Positions 14,585 through 28,829 of a stretch of 64,000 bases of DNA are shown here, piece after piece (position 1 is the first letter of the stretch; the number at the start of each line of letters is the position of its first letter). This DNA is from the human T2T-CHM13v2.0 reference genome, Homo sapiens. The DNA lies in assembly GCF_009914755.1 (NCBI RefSeq), contig NC_060927.1; one strand, 5' to 3'. Below the pieces are notes generated by a model. That model did no database searches and had not been told where the DNA came from. It was given only the letters and a program-made list of their open reading frames with translations. Made by a program: the position numbers and the translations under genes.

Positions 14585-17075
14585 TTTTATTTTTAACTTT
14601 TTACTATGGAAACATCAAGCTATATAAAAGTAAAAGTAAGCAGAATAACATAAGTCCTTAATAGATCCATCATCACCCAGCTTCAAAAATTATCAATTCA
14701 TGGCCAATTTTACTATAACTTCAGCCTCTGCCCCTTCATTGAATTATTTTTATCATGTCATTCACAAATGTTTTAGTATGTATCTCTAACAGATAAAGAA
14801 CCCTAACAAAACAGCCACCATACTATTAGCACCTCAAACAATGATCACTAAGTTTGTTTGGACAAATTAGGAATCAAATAAACCAACTGCTTCAATTGAT
14901 ATGTTTTCTCAATCTCTTAATGTATAGATTCTGCCACCATGCCTTTTTTCCCTTTGTAATTTATTTATTAAATAAATCAGGTCATTTTTCCTTTAAATTT
15001 TTGTTCAGTTTATATTTCACTGTTTGTATTCTCCTGATTTAAAACAAACCTATTTTTTAGAAGTTTTACATATACAGAAAATTTATAAAAATAGTACAGA
15101 GTTCCCATACACTCTACCTACTTTACCCTATAATTAACATCTACATTATTATAAAACATTTCTTATAATAATAAATCAATTTTGATACAGTATCGTCAAC
15201 CAAAATCTATGCTTTATTCAGATTTCCTTAGTTTTTCTCTAATGTCCTTTTTCTTCTCCAGGATACCACATTCCATTTAGACATGTTATGTGTTCTTAGG
15301 CTCATCTTTGCTGTGAGAATTTCTCAGACTTTCATTATACTTCATGATTCCTATAGACTGAATATTTTTCTTCTCAAATTCTTATGTTGAAATCCTAACT
15401 CCAATTGTGTTGGTATTTGGAAGTAGGGCCTTTGAAAAGTTATTAGGTCATGAGGACAGAGCTCTCATGACTGAAATTAGTGACTTTATAAAAGAGACTC
15501 TAGAGAGCTCCCTCACCCCTTCTCACACATGAGGTTTCAGCACAAGACTATCTTCTATGATCCCAGAAGTGGACCCTCAGTAGGCACCCAATCTACCAGT
15601 ACCCGGATCTTGTACTTCTCAGGCCCCAGAACTGGGAGAAATCAAGTATTTGTTGTTTCTAAGCCACCCAATCTGTGGTATTTTGTTCCAGCAGCCCTAA
15701 TGGACTAAGACAATAACAATTTTGAGGCTTACTGGTTGGGTATTGTGTAGAATGTCCCTTCACTGGGATTTGCTTGGTGCTTTTCTCATGGTTAGAGAGG
15801 GATTATATCTTTTTGAGGGAAAACCACAGACAAAAGTACCATTTTCATTACTTCATATTAAGGGTGCATTCTACCAACATGACTTGTCAATGATGATTTT
15901 GACCTTGATCACGTGTTCAAGGTAGTGTTTGTCAGGTTTCTCCACAAAGTTACTCCTTTCTTCTCCTGTTTTCTTACTGTACTCTTTGGAAGGAAGTCAT
16001 TATTCACAACCCACAAGGAGTGGGGAGCTATGCTCCACCTCCTTGAGGGCAGAGTAGCTACATGAATTATTTCCAGTTCTTCTGCACGGGATATTTTTCT
16101 CTTCTCCTCCATTTATTTACTAACACATTTTCATTATTTATTTGTATTATCAGTATGGGCCTGTAGATATTTATTTGATACTTCAAGTTATAATCCAATA
16201 CTACTTATTTTGTTGCTCAAATTCTTTCAGCTTTGGCCACTAGGAACTTTTTCAGCTGGTCCCTGTGTCTCTGTTTCTTTGATATACCTCCATCAGTATC
16301 GATTTTTGTCCTTTTTTATTTGGTGAACTTCCTTAATTTCTGGCATCACAAGATGCTTTAGGCTTATTGTATATCCATGTTGCATATTTCCTGGCCCAAT
16401 GTTAGAATCAGCCATTTCTCCAAAGGGCTTTGATTCCTTTTATGGAAAATGGTATTAGAAACCAAAATGTGGCAGTTGGTGTGTTTGTTGCTACTGGAAT
16501 ATCATTGCTTCTAAGCCCACTCAGCTGACAGAGGAAGGAAATATCTGTGCACACTAACCTTTGTATGTATACATATATGTGTGCATGTATGTATGTGTAT
16601 ATATATAGCCATATCTACATCAAGCTAAAAATGAATTCATACTGATGTTTCAAACTCTAATCTATTACTACATAGATCATTCTAGTCTCTTCCTAATATT
16701 TTAAATAGGTATTCCTTTGAATTTCTTATAAATTGTTAGATCAAGATGACAGTTCAATATTTTGGCAGAGATAATCCAAAGGAGGTAGTGTGCTCTTTTA
16801 TCACAATGTGTATAACAACTGTCTATTCATGATGTTAGCAACCAATGATGATCATTCCCTAGATTCCATTAATTCTTTAAAGTTTAACAAATGTTAAAAT
16901 TTTGATTGGCTCTGTCCTTCCTCTTTGATTACCTGGAATACTTTGTGAAATAAATTTCCTCTCATTAACTATTTGGTGGCCCTGAGGAAGAGCTCATATA
17001 AAAAAGGCAGGATAAATGCTTAGTTCTTTTCATTATTATTTTTAAAATAATAGATTGGTTTTCTAGAATCTTCCC
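14585..17075 (-). mobile_element. Nested old L1M (MC/MD/ME-type) 3'UTR fragments
   Basis: Characteristic ends such as aaaatagtacagagttcccatac and gaatcagccatttctccaaag...gaaaatggtattagaaacc; interrupted by an MLT1 LTR. Confidence 0.6.
15351..15711. mobile_element. MLT1A-like MaLR solo LTR
   Basis: aaattcttatgttgaaatcctaac...ggtatttggaagtagggcctttg...gcagccctaatggactaagaca. Confidence 0.75.
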
Positions 17076-17930
17076 ATGCTGACTACAGAGTTATTTTTGG
17101 TTCCAGGTACCATTATGAACTTGGAACAGCTCTTTAGGTACATGGCTCAGCCCTCTACCTGCAGCCTTGAGTCCTGGGCATTCTGCCTTAGGATAGTGGA
17201 ATGGGGGATGGTTGGTGGGGGTGGGGCAGAGGCAGAGAAGGATTTGAAAGGGATGGCAAGGTTGGGGGCTCTAAAGGACTTCCATATTCATCATATTCAT
17301 CTAGAAAAAGCTCTGGTCTCCAAAATCATGAAAACTCGTACAGCTGTTGCCTTGGTTTTACAGTTTTTCATGTTGCCTTTGAAATCTTTGAAGTCATCTT
17401 GAAAAGTCCATCTTTAAAGTCTCAAGTAACCAGGAAAGAAAGAACAGCTTGAAGATCTGGAAAGGGCATGTTTGATCCTAAATCATTAAAGGTAGCCTAT
17501 CTAGGAGAAAAACCAAGTCGCCTTTGGAATGCTAGTGGAAGGGGGAAGGCCCCGGTTCTCCACCCTGGTTATTAGTTACCTAAAACATATTTTAAAAACC
17601 GCATATGTCCCTGTAGGACCCCATACATTCTGATTCAACTGGTCTGTGGTAGGAAAAAGTGGCAGCTTTTAAAAATTTTTAGAAGCTTTTTGCGAGGTGA
17701 CTCTAATGTTAAAGCAGGGCTATTTCCAAACCCCCTGGAACTCTAGCAGGCCAGTGACAATTGTATCACACCTACAGACTCATCACTTTAATGCAGTTGC
17801 TTCATGTTATTAGATAATATCCCTGCCCCACAACGCAGAAGACTAAGCTAGGAAAGATGATGTCATACAGCTCATCCCTCCTTCAAACACTGGAGCGTGA
17901 TGAGTGCAGCTCAGTTCCAACACTTGGGTC

Positions 17931-18063
17931 TTTATTTATTATTATTATTTTTTGTAGAGACGGGGTCTCGCTATGTTGCCCAGACTGGTCTCAAATTCAT
18001 GACCTTGAATGATCCTCTCACCTCGCCTCTCACAGTGCTGGGATTATAGGTATGTGCCCAGCC
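17931..18063 (-). mobile_element. Alu monomer (FLAM-like)
   Basis: T-rich tail then gtagagacggggtctcgctatgttgccc...gtgctgggattatagg. Confidence 0.85.
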
Positions 18064-18119
18064 CTGGCTCCTCAACGTAAGACATAGCACTGTGCCCCAA
18101 CCCTCAACTCCAAGAATGG

Positions 18120-18290
18120 CTACATTTACTTTCTGCCTGGCACTGTTCTAAGTGCCTAACATATCTCAACATCCCTAATAGGTTGGTATCATCTCCACTT
18201 AACAGATGAGCTGCTGGGATCTGAGAGAGTTAAGTGACTTGTTAAGGTCACAAACCTGTTTCTGGGTGGGTCCGGACTCTTTCCCACCAT
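18120..18290 (-). mobile_element. MIR
   Basis: ggcactgttctaagtgc...ccacttaacagatgag...gagagagttaagtgacttg. Confidence 0.6.
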
Positions 18291-18954
18291 ATGCCGTCAC
18301 TTACAGGCTGTGAGTTTATGCCCAGCCCCCCTCAAGGAGCTGCCTCCTGCTTTCTATTGCATAATCAATATCGACACCTGGTGTAGGGGCGCTCTGCAGG
18401 GTGGGGAAGGCCTGGCCTGGAGTGAGGGATCCTGCATCTCAGCATCAGGCCCTGAGTAGGCCTCTGCCCTTGTGGTAGGGTAACCCACCCTCCTTCATAG
18501 CTCAGAGGTCTGAGGGGGTTTGAGGGAAAGACTAGAAAGCCTAGGAGGCTTCTTCTATCTCTCACCCCTCCTCACTCCCAGTCCTGTGCCACAGGATTTC
18601 ACTCACAGCTCCTTCCACCCCCACCCTTCCCCTGAAAATCTCACTGCCCTGTGACTTCTCTATGTGCCACTCCCTGTGCGTCAGACCCCCACGATCAGCT
18701 GCCCACTGCCTATGGCCACCCCAATTCCTTAGAACTACACTTATCACTGCTCACCCTTCTCCTACTCTCCCCCTCTCAGAAAATGACACCACATCCAGGA
18801 AACTCGGAACCACCACTAGCCCAGCGCTCCCTCTTCCCCATTCACTCAGTCACCAAGTCCCCTCAATTTCACCACTCAAGATAGTTGTCAGACCATGGCG
18901 CCTGTCCATCTCCATTTCCCTAGGATAGGCCTTGGTGTCTGAGGCCAACCCTGC

Positions 18955-19275
18955 CTCATTTCCTCCTAACCCCCACCCAGGCCTTGTGCTTTGTGTACCA
19001 CCACACCCAACCAAAGGTAGTTATTACTTCTTTGGCTCCCAGCACTCAACTGAGCGCCCCAGCTCTTCCTCACCTGCCGGGACACTCCAGCTGACTCCAG
19101 ATTGCGACGCAGGCGTTTACGTACCAGCCTTTCTCCAGGTTCAGGGCGCTGCCACATCTTCAGCCCCGACCCGCCGCAAGTCTCATTTCCTCCTAACCCC
19201 AACCCAGGCCTTGTGCTTTGTGTACCACCGAACCCAACCAAAGCTAGTTCCCTGACTTGCTCTTTTGGCTCCCAG
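18955..19275 (+). repeat. ~90-bp diverged direct repeat (18955-19042 and 19182-19275) upstream of NUDT16
   Basis: ctcatttcctcctaacccc(c/a)acccaggccttgtgctttgtgtaccacc...aaccaaag...tttggctcccag present twice. Confidence 0.9.
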
Positions 19276-19428
19276 GAGCCTTTAGGTACCGGCCTTGCGC
19301 CAGGTTTAGGGCGCGGCCACACCTCTAGCCCCGCCCCACCGCAGGCCCAACCCAGAGGCTGCTTTCGGTTACCCTAGGGTTCCTGGGCCCTGGACTTCAA
19401 CCCGGTCTGCAAGCCCCGCCCTGATTAG

Positions 19429-20380
<952 letters not shown>

Positions 20381-20502
20381 TGATAGATTATCACATTATC
20401 TAGGTGTGGCAACCTAGGTTTTATTCTTGGGGTTTGCTTTTCTTGTGTAGGAGATGTGGCCCTGATATTTCAGGCAGGGCTAGTAGATAGATTATGTATG
20501 AA

Positions 20503-20687
20503 GGTGGTTCTCAAAATTTGGCAGGTAGCAGAATCATCGGGGCGTCTTATTAAAATAGCGATTTCTCTCAGCATTCCTGCATTGGTGGTGGGGCGGGGGG
20601 AGAGGAAACCTGAGAATTTGTAGTTTTCAAAAGTTCCCAAATAATGCTGATGCAAATAATCTGAGGACCACATTTTGACAACCACTG
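20503..20687. mobile_element. MER5A-like MITE in NUDT16 intron 2
   Basis: gtggttctcaaaa...ttttgacaaccactg inverted termini. Confidence 0.7.
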
Positions 20688-20902
20688 GTGAAAGGGTATG
20701 AATACATCTTTGAGGCAGTAGCCACTAGAGGTTTAGAAGCAGATGTGGGAAAGATTAATTGATAGAGCTAGATAATATGTTTTGGGTCATTTTCCTGCAG
20801 AAGGTTGGGCCACTAGGCTTTAGTGAGGTGTGAGCCTTGGGCCTGGTTCTGCTGGAGTATTAAGGGGTGAGGCCTGATCTGCTGGAGAAAGGATGGAGTT
20901 AA

Positions 20903-21133
<231 letters not shown>

Positions 21134-21898
21134 AGGCAGCCCTCCATGGACCCATGAAAACTGAGATGAGGACCTTGGTACTAGGGAGGGAGGGAAGGAC
21201 GTGGGAATGTTTTCTTATTGGATCTGAGAGATGATACATGATACCAGATGAAAAGAAGGAGAAGTGTGTACCATATGTTTTGAGCAGAGGACCCTCCAAC
21301 TTATGGCATCAGGGGCAAAAAGTCACAGCTTATCCCAGGCACCCTGGCAGGTTCTCAGAGCCTGCCTCCTCCCTGTTTATATGCGTACAGCCTGGTAACC
21401 CCCAGGCATGCAAATATACAATCTGTAACAACACACAGCCTGACACCTTCCCCTGGTCATGTCCAGTTTAACCTTGAAGTGGCATTTGTCACACTACCCT
21501 GGTCCCTGATTGCAAGGAGCTTCTGAAGCAAGGGTGAATCCTTCCCACACTCCTCCATGGTTGCCCTCCAGGGTCTAGCCCAGCCTATTTGTTAGGGAGG
21601 ATAGAGAAACAGAGCACCCCCTGTGCTTTCTGAAAATAGACTTGCTCTTGTCTTGAGTGGTGACCAAAGCAGTTGGCTCTTAAAAGGTGGGAGAGCAGCC
21701 CAACCAATCCCCAATCCTTTTCTTCTGAAACTGAGCAGGAAGGGTAAGGAAGTGGCTAGGTCTCCTTGGACTGAGCATGGACATGAGTCCTGTGAGGACT
21801 GGTGTCTCTCCTCTAGAGCTTTCATCTTTGGGATGCCTGAGACTCCGAGACTATCAGAAGGGAATTGACCCACCCCAGTCTAGCACCACCCTGCCTTC

Positions 21899-23450
21899 AC
21901 TTCATCTACATAAAGGTGGTATAAAAACATAGACTGGAGGAGGTAATCCATGGAGAGAGAAAAAGAAGAGGGCTCAGGACAAGGCCCTGAGGAGGCCCAA
22001 TCCTAAAAGTTTGGGCAGAGGGAACCAGGCACGTTAAAGAAGACAGAAAGCGGACTATGCAGAGTGCTTGTGAGGGTTTCACTAAAACAGAGGCAAAACT
22101 GTCCATTGAATTCAGTAACATGAAGTGTTTGATGACTATGATGGCAGCAGTTTCAGGAAGGGCGGTATGGAAGGCAGGCTGTACTGGTTGAGTGAATGGA
22201 AAGTTGGGGAGTAGAACGTGTGAGAAGTTGGCCTTCAAGGGGCTCAGGTTAATAATAGAGAGCTATGGAGTCAAGGCATGTTTAAGATGGGAGGTAGAGC
22301 ATGCCAATATTGATGGCAACAGTCAAGATGGTGTGATGAGAGAGATGGGAGGGGCACAAAGAGGAGGACCCCTGAAGGAGCAGAGTCCATGAGAAAGAAG
22401 GAGGGATGGGACCTTTGTAGGAAGAGACACAGTCCTGCAGCCTCATATGGCTCAATAAAACAGAAAGGGGCAAGTATAGAAGATTAGGATGACTAAATTA
22501 ATGGGGAAATGATGAAGGAGTTTGAATCTCTTCTTTGTGAAATGAAGTGAGACTATCAGCTAGTTGTGGGTGGAGTGTGTTCTCAGAAGGTATGAAGTAG
22601 ATGTTTTCCTAGGTGTTGGAAAACAGGTTGATTAAGGCAACAGCAGAAGGGCAGGGCAAGGCTGAGCTCTGAGATGGTCAGTTTAGAGTAGGATGCTGGG
22701 CACTCAGGTGTGTGTGTGTTGAGTGGGGCTCTGCACACACCTGTCTTCCCCTCATCAGGATTCAGGAGCTGGGATGGGTACACTTACTGCAGTGTTGGGG
22801 TTTTGCCAGGGAAGTAAAAGGAGTTGAGAGAAAGATGGGTCAGTTCAGAAGACATACACAGGAGAAATTGTAGTGATGAAATGTGCAGTCTAAGGTTTAA
22901 TCTGACCAAGAAATTGGAATTGAAAACAGGAGGTGACTAGGGAGGGATTAGGAAATTAGAGGTCTTGACAAGATAGAAACTCCAGCATGGTGAGGGGTTG
23001 GGCAGGGAGGTATATTTGAGCCAGACAGGAGTGCTTTGGAAATTGAGAGGTGGAGCAATCTCAGGTAAAGGCAAAATAGAGGGTATGACCTGGGGTTGCT
23101 GGCCAGAGCCAGGGAGGAGCCTTAAGAAGTGAAATCTAGGGTTGGCGAGGCTGGAGGGCAGGGTGAGCCTCCACATGGGTGCTGAAGCAAGAAACCGACA
23201 GATGTTGAGGAGAATGGTGTGACCTAGGAGTCAGCATCCTTGGTGAACAAGAGGAGTGGCCACAAGGCCAGTGGCACCTGCCAGAGGGGAAAGCAGGCAT
23301 GACAGGATAGCATCTCCCAGGTGAGAGCCTTTTGAGGAAGGGAGGGTGGGCAGTGGTCTGGAAGCTTGATGCAGAGCAGTGTGGGTCCCACTGGCAGCCC
23401 TTGGTCTTAGAAGAATGGGAGTACCCAGTGGGGGAGCAGCTGTACAATGA
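21899..23450 (-). mobile_element. L2 remnant, paralog of 6604-8120, in the NUDT16 3' region
   Basis: Colinear with the copy-A L2. Confidence 0.6.
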
Positions 23451-25071
23451 GGTAGACTCCTAGAGGTTAATTATCATCTCCTAATCTTACCCTGACCCTT
23501 TTGTCAAACGTTATCTAGATTAAACCTCAGTATAGGCAGGCTGCAGGAAATGGACATTCCAGTGGCCCCTGGGGTTCCAGCCTGTAGCAGCTTCATCTGT
23601 GCTTTGTGCACTTGGTTCTCAGTCATCTCTGCAAGGGACCCTGACGCCTGGGAGATCAGAGCCACTGACCCTTTATGGCACTGCTAACAGACCCCTTCCC
23701 TCAGGTAATTCTGGATCCAGAACTCATTATGGGATGTAATCCAGGTCAACACTAATACCACTTGGAAGGTTCCGCTCTGTCTCACTCTGCTTGAGTATCC
23801 CACTGATCAGTCTCTCAGTGCCTGCCTACTGGGCAGCTCATCTGTCCACTTATTCGTATTAAATTTGCTTTTTATTTAGGTCTCTGGAGATGGTTGCGTG
23901 GGGAAGAGCCCATGACTTTCCTATATGATCCCTTGAACATACTCTCCAAGTCAGTAGATTACCTCTCAGGCAGCCTTCATAAAAGTGTTTCACTGTACTG
24001 GGGTTTGTGTTCATCTCACTCACATAGACAGTCTCTGGGTAGGCAGGTGGGGGGTGATACAAGTTCACACTCTGTGTTTCTCCTCCTGTTAGCCATTCCC
24101 ACCCTGCTGATGTTTAAGGAAAGCCAGGGATGATGACCCACTTAAGCTTTCCTTGGCCTTGTTAAGTCCAATCATCTGGGGCAGGAAGAAGAGAAATGCT
24201 CATTGCAATCTTTGACCCCCACTAACTGCTGTGGTGACTTTGACCCAAGCCCTTGACCTCCTTTTCCTTATCTGAAATGTTGCTGTGATTCCTGTGGTGA
24301 GATCAGATGAGGCAGCACTTGGGATAAGCTTGCAGAGATGCATTGAGCGGTATGAAAGTACAGGATGCTATGTACTTTCCTGCTTCACAGCACATTTTGT
24401 TTCTTGCAAGGTGAGTGGCCCAGCCGCCTCTCCACAAACACGTGTTTCTGCCTTTCTCAGCATAATCAGCAAGATGTTCCCACTTCTCAGCATTGCACTT
24501 TTCTGCTGGTGCAGAATAAAAACACTTTGAGCCCCACCCTGTCCTGAGACAAAGTCCTCTGTGGTCACTTGGCATATGGCAAAGCTGCTGCTGTGGGCTG
24601 GAACATTTGAGGCAACAGTGACTTCCTCCTTTCCTAGTTACCGGAACCCTTAGAGCTGGGAGCCGGCCAGTGAAACAGACAAGGGGAGGGGAAGAGAAGA
24701 GGGAAGGCATGTTTCCTATATGAGTTTCAGTTTGTTGCACAGAAATGTTTTTGAAACCTTTATCTCCAATAGAATCACAAACGGGTGTCAGAGAGTCAAA
24801 ACTAGAGGAAAAAGTTTAGTCTGTAAACAAATCATTAGATGGCATCAGAATTTGAACCAAAGTAAAAGATGCTGGACCTTGGCACTTATCAGAGAAGTAT
24901 AGAAGAGCCAGGTAGGGGATTTTATTTACAACATGTTCAATTCTGAGGAAGAGGAGTATGGGCAGGGCAGAGGAAAAAGGAAAAATGGGAAACCCCCATG
25001 GACTTAGGGCCCCCACAAAGAGAAACCATGTGCCTTCTCCCCACTTCCCTTCTGGCTTGGGCAAATGAGGC

Positions 25072-25140
25072 TCCCTTTAGGGGTAGAGGTACTCTACAGG
25101 GGCTATGTTCCCTTTAGGGGTAGAGGTAGTCTACAGGGGC
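25072..25140 (+). repeat. 32-bp direct repeat with 37-bp period
   Basis: tccctttaggggtagaggta(c/g)tctacaggggc at 25072-25103 and 25109-25140; single copy in the paralog (~9738). Confidence 0.9.
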
Positions 25141-26577
25141 CAGCTGGGCAGAGATGAAATCTTGCAAAGGAACCCTTCTTACACTCGAAAAGCAAGAATA
25201 GCAAAGGGACTTTGGGAAGGACATAAAACAAGAAAAGGAAGCTCCTCACCAACAGCTCCCAGATGGAGGGAGTTTGTGTGTCTAGCATTTTCACCAAAGT
25301 GCTGCTCATCCTGATGCACAGATGCAGATTGGAGCTGCTGCCTGTGCCCTCACCATGGGTATGTACCCACCACAGGCATTCCCAGGTGATGCGGGGGCAG
25401 AGGATTCCCTCTTTCCACTCAGGATAACAACCCCTCGATGGGGTTTTCAACAAGTATAGAAAGCTCCTGGACTCAGCCAAGACCCTCACCTACAGTCCCA
25501 GTCCTCCCACCTTCTTCAGGTCTCTAGAAGACAGAACTGATGGGTTTACAACATCCTATTATCCAGCACTAGTCCTAGGTTGTGGATGTAGGGAAAGGCC
25601 AGGTAAACAAGGAAGGGAGAACAGGTGAATGACCCCAATTGTTTGAAACCAAAAGAGCAGAATTGCCCCTAATTGATTTAAGTAAACAGCAAGTAACATA
25701 GGTCTGTTAAATAGAAGAGGATGTGAGCACCAGATGCACGTGATAAAGACCATGCTCTGGAAGATTCATTCCAAGGAGTAGAAGTGGTATTTACTCAGGG
25801 CATTTAAGGAGAGCAGGGACTCTGAAATGAGGTGAGAGAAAAGATAAGACATGCAGGAACAGCTGGCAACACCAAGAAAGAATTTAAGGAGAGGGATCTC
25901 TCTGTTAGAGAACTTAACATTACCCTAGGAACAGCAAGAGCATCATCAGCCCCAGGAAAATCTACCTCTGATATGGAGACCAGGCTTAAGAAAATCCCCT
26001 AGAACCCAGAGAAAAAGTGCAAAACAAGGAAAATGGCCAAAGAGAATATCATAGATACAGAGATCAGACAATGAGAATCCAGAGTCTTGTTAAGTGATAG
26101 AAGGAAAATACTAACAGAACACATGTAACAGGAACAACATTTTAGAGGAAACAGGACAAAAACTTCCCTAAACTCAAGATACTACACCAGAAGTGGGCAG
26201 TACTCACTATGTTCAGGGGAACAAAAAGATAAAAACTAAAAAGCATCAGACTGTTTTTTGTGTGAAGGAAATTTGTAAGGTAGGAGAATTAGGTCACTTA
26301 CTACAGCACAAATTGCATGTCTATCTAAATTGACGTTTAAGTGCAAAAGCATGGATATTACTCATGCAGTTTTACTGGAAAACCATACAGATGTTTTTCA
26401 GGAATGTACAGAATGAATCAAAGGAAATAACTGATCGACAGGAAAACTGTAGGAAATTTGTGGGCTGGCTGTGAGGCAGTGGCTCCTATTATGTACAATT
26501 TTAGTGCTAAGTACTGTGTTAATGATGGCTATCAAACAATATGTTAACATCTGAAAGGAAATATGTATATTGAGCAT

Positions 26578-26604
26578 AATAAATATTTTATAAATAACAA
26601 TAAA
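26578..26604 (+). terminator. Candidate distal poly(A) signals for a long NUDT16 3'UTR
   Basis: AATAAA at 26578-26583 and 26599-26604 followed by a T-rich tract; other AATAAA at 22454 and 24515. Usage cannot be shown from sequence. Confidence 0.45.
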
Positions 26605-27354
26605 TCATTTGATTTTATGCTAGTTCCCAGGTTCTCACTTATTTTAGTAAAAGTGAGTAGTGAGGAGGGAGAAAGAAGCATAAAAATGTGATTCTGCTGA
26701 GGAAATTAGCAGGATTTGATTTCTGAAAACGGTAAGACTCGTGAAATTTTACTATTTCAAAGTACATACCAAAACAATATGATTCTGGCTGAATATGAAA
26801 AGATGAGAAAGAATGCCAGGGAATTACAGTAAAAAAGTAAGAGATCATCATAATATTAATATCAAAGGCACTAGAATTCTTTAATTGATCAAGAGATTAT
26901 CCACAATAATCACATAATCACCAACAATTTCAGATTATATACAGCAAAGTCTATTAGAAATTAAGAAAATAGTATTAATTAAGAGAGTGCTAAGATACTT
27001 TCAGTCAATGTTTGACAGTTAAAATGTCAGGTGTAAGTATGCCTATGTAGTATTGAAAAAGAATAAAAAGGAAGATGCTGATGACAATTAACATTTTAGG
27101 GATGCCTACTGTGTGGCAGGCACTATTCTAAGCTCTTTTCATGTATTAACATATTGAGTCCTTAGAACAATCTTATGATGTAAGGATACTATTGTCTTCA
27201 TACTCGAAACAGACTCAGCACAGAAGTCAAAAATACAATGAATGTACTTTGCTTAAATATTGAGCTCTGTAACTTCAAGCAGTGAATGTAATTTTAAAGG
27301 GTCAGGAAACATTTAGCAAATTAGTCGTTTATTGGACCTTATAAAACCTCAGTA

Positions 27355-27652
27355 GGCCGAGCACAATGGCTCATGCCACCGAGGCATGTGGATCACCTGA
27401 GGTCAGTAGTTCGAGACCAGCCTGGCCACCATGGTGAAACCCCATCTTTACTAAAAATACAAAAAAAAAAAAAAAAAAAAAAAAAAAACTAGCCGGGTAT
27501 AGTGGCGCATACCTGTAATCTCAGCTACTCAGGAGGCTGAGGCAGGAGAATTGCTTGAACCTGGGAGGCGAAGGTTACAGTGATCCGATATCGTGCTACT
27601 GCACCCTAGCCTGGGTGACAGGGAGAGGCTCTATCTCAAAACAAACAACAAC
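27355..27652 (+). mobile_element. AluS with a short left-arm deletion and expanded middle A-tract
   Basis: ggccgagcacaatggctcatgcc|accgagg lacks tgtaatcccagcactttggg; ~28-nt internal A run; TSD aaaacctcag. Confidence 0.93.
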
Positions 27653-27662
27653 AAAACCTCAG

Positions 27663-27854
27663 GGGAACATCACACACTGGGGCCTGATGGGGGTTGGGGG
27701 GCTAGGGGAGGGATAGCATTAGGGGGACTACCTAATGTAGATGACAGGTTGATGGGTGCAGCAAACCACCATGGCACATGTATACCTATGTAACAAACCT
27801 GCACATTCTGCACATGAACCTCTGAACTTACAGTGTGTATATATATATATATAT
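27663..27854 (+). mobile_element. L1PA (PA7-like) 3' fragment with (TA)n tail
   Basis: gggaacatcacacactggggcc...gatgacaggttgatgggtgcagcaaaccaccatggcac; flanked by aacctcag repeats. Confidence 0.88.
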
Positions 27855-28512
27855 AACCTCAGTAAATCCTCTGGTCTTCTATCACCCTCTAAGAAATAAT
27901 AAAGCACATACCAAGTTCTGGACCACATGTAGTAAAACTAGAAATAAATTACAGGGACAGACACTCTGAAATATTCCTGTTATGCCTTTCTATATTGTTC
28001 GAATCTTGCACAATATGTATGTATTCTATGGTCATAAAATGACTAGTTAAAAATAATAAAAAGGAACTATTTTTTTCTTGTGGTGTATAGAAACCAGCCC
28101 TACTACATCTAAAAAAACAAAAAAAAAAGGGCTCATGGGTAAGTGGGGACCTATCCCAATAAGCATTTTGGGGTAATATGTGGAGTTGAAGGAAGATCTC
28201 TTCCCCAGCCCCAAGTGATCAAAATCAGATTAGAGGCTGATTGATTGACTCTGGGCCGTGTGCTCGCATGGATCCCCTGTGCTGACTGGAATATGCAGTG
28301 TGACTGGGCCCTCTGCTCTCTCTGTGGCCAGCAGGGTGGAGAGTTGTGATTGCCAGTCTCACCAGATCAAGATCTGGGGGAGAAGAAGATCTGTATGGGA
28401 GGAGGCAGTATATAGCACAAACACCTGATGTCCACCACACAGCAGGGAGAACAAAGCCAGGTGAACTCACACAAAGGTGCAGGGCCAGAGACCATGTTAT
28501 GTTAGAAGCATG

Positions 28513-28718
28513 ACACAGGAAGGGGAATATCACACTCTGGGGACTGTGGTGGGGTGCGGGGAGGGGGGAGGGATAGCATTGGGAGATATACCTAATGCTA
28601 GATGACGAGTTAGTGGGTGCAGCGCACCAGCATGGCACATGTATACATATGTAACTAACCTGCACAATGTGCACATGTACCCTAAAACTTAAAGTATAAT
28701 TAAAAAAAAAAAAAAAAA
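28513..28718 (+). mobile_element. Young L1 (L1PA2-like) ~200-bp 3' fragment
   Basis: Near-consensus 3'UTR with GAG (gatgacGAGtt) and A (cttaAagtat) diagnostics; poly-A; TSD agaagcatg at 28504-28512 and 28719-28727. Confidence 0.93.
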
Positions 28719-28829
28719 AGAAGCATGCCCTATGGCATCCAACCTGGAATTATGAGGATAATAAAAAGGAAACAAGGCTAGAAATTAATATTGCCAGAAG
28801 CTAGTCTGTGGAAAATTCTTCCTAATCTT

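Noticed and set aside
25072-25140. CRISPR-like repeat (32-bp unit with a hairpin)
   Set aside because: Only two units with a 5-nt spacer, eukaryotic context and no cas genes; a simple local duplication.
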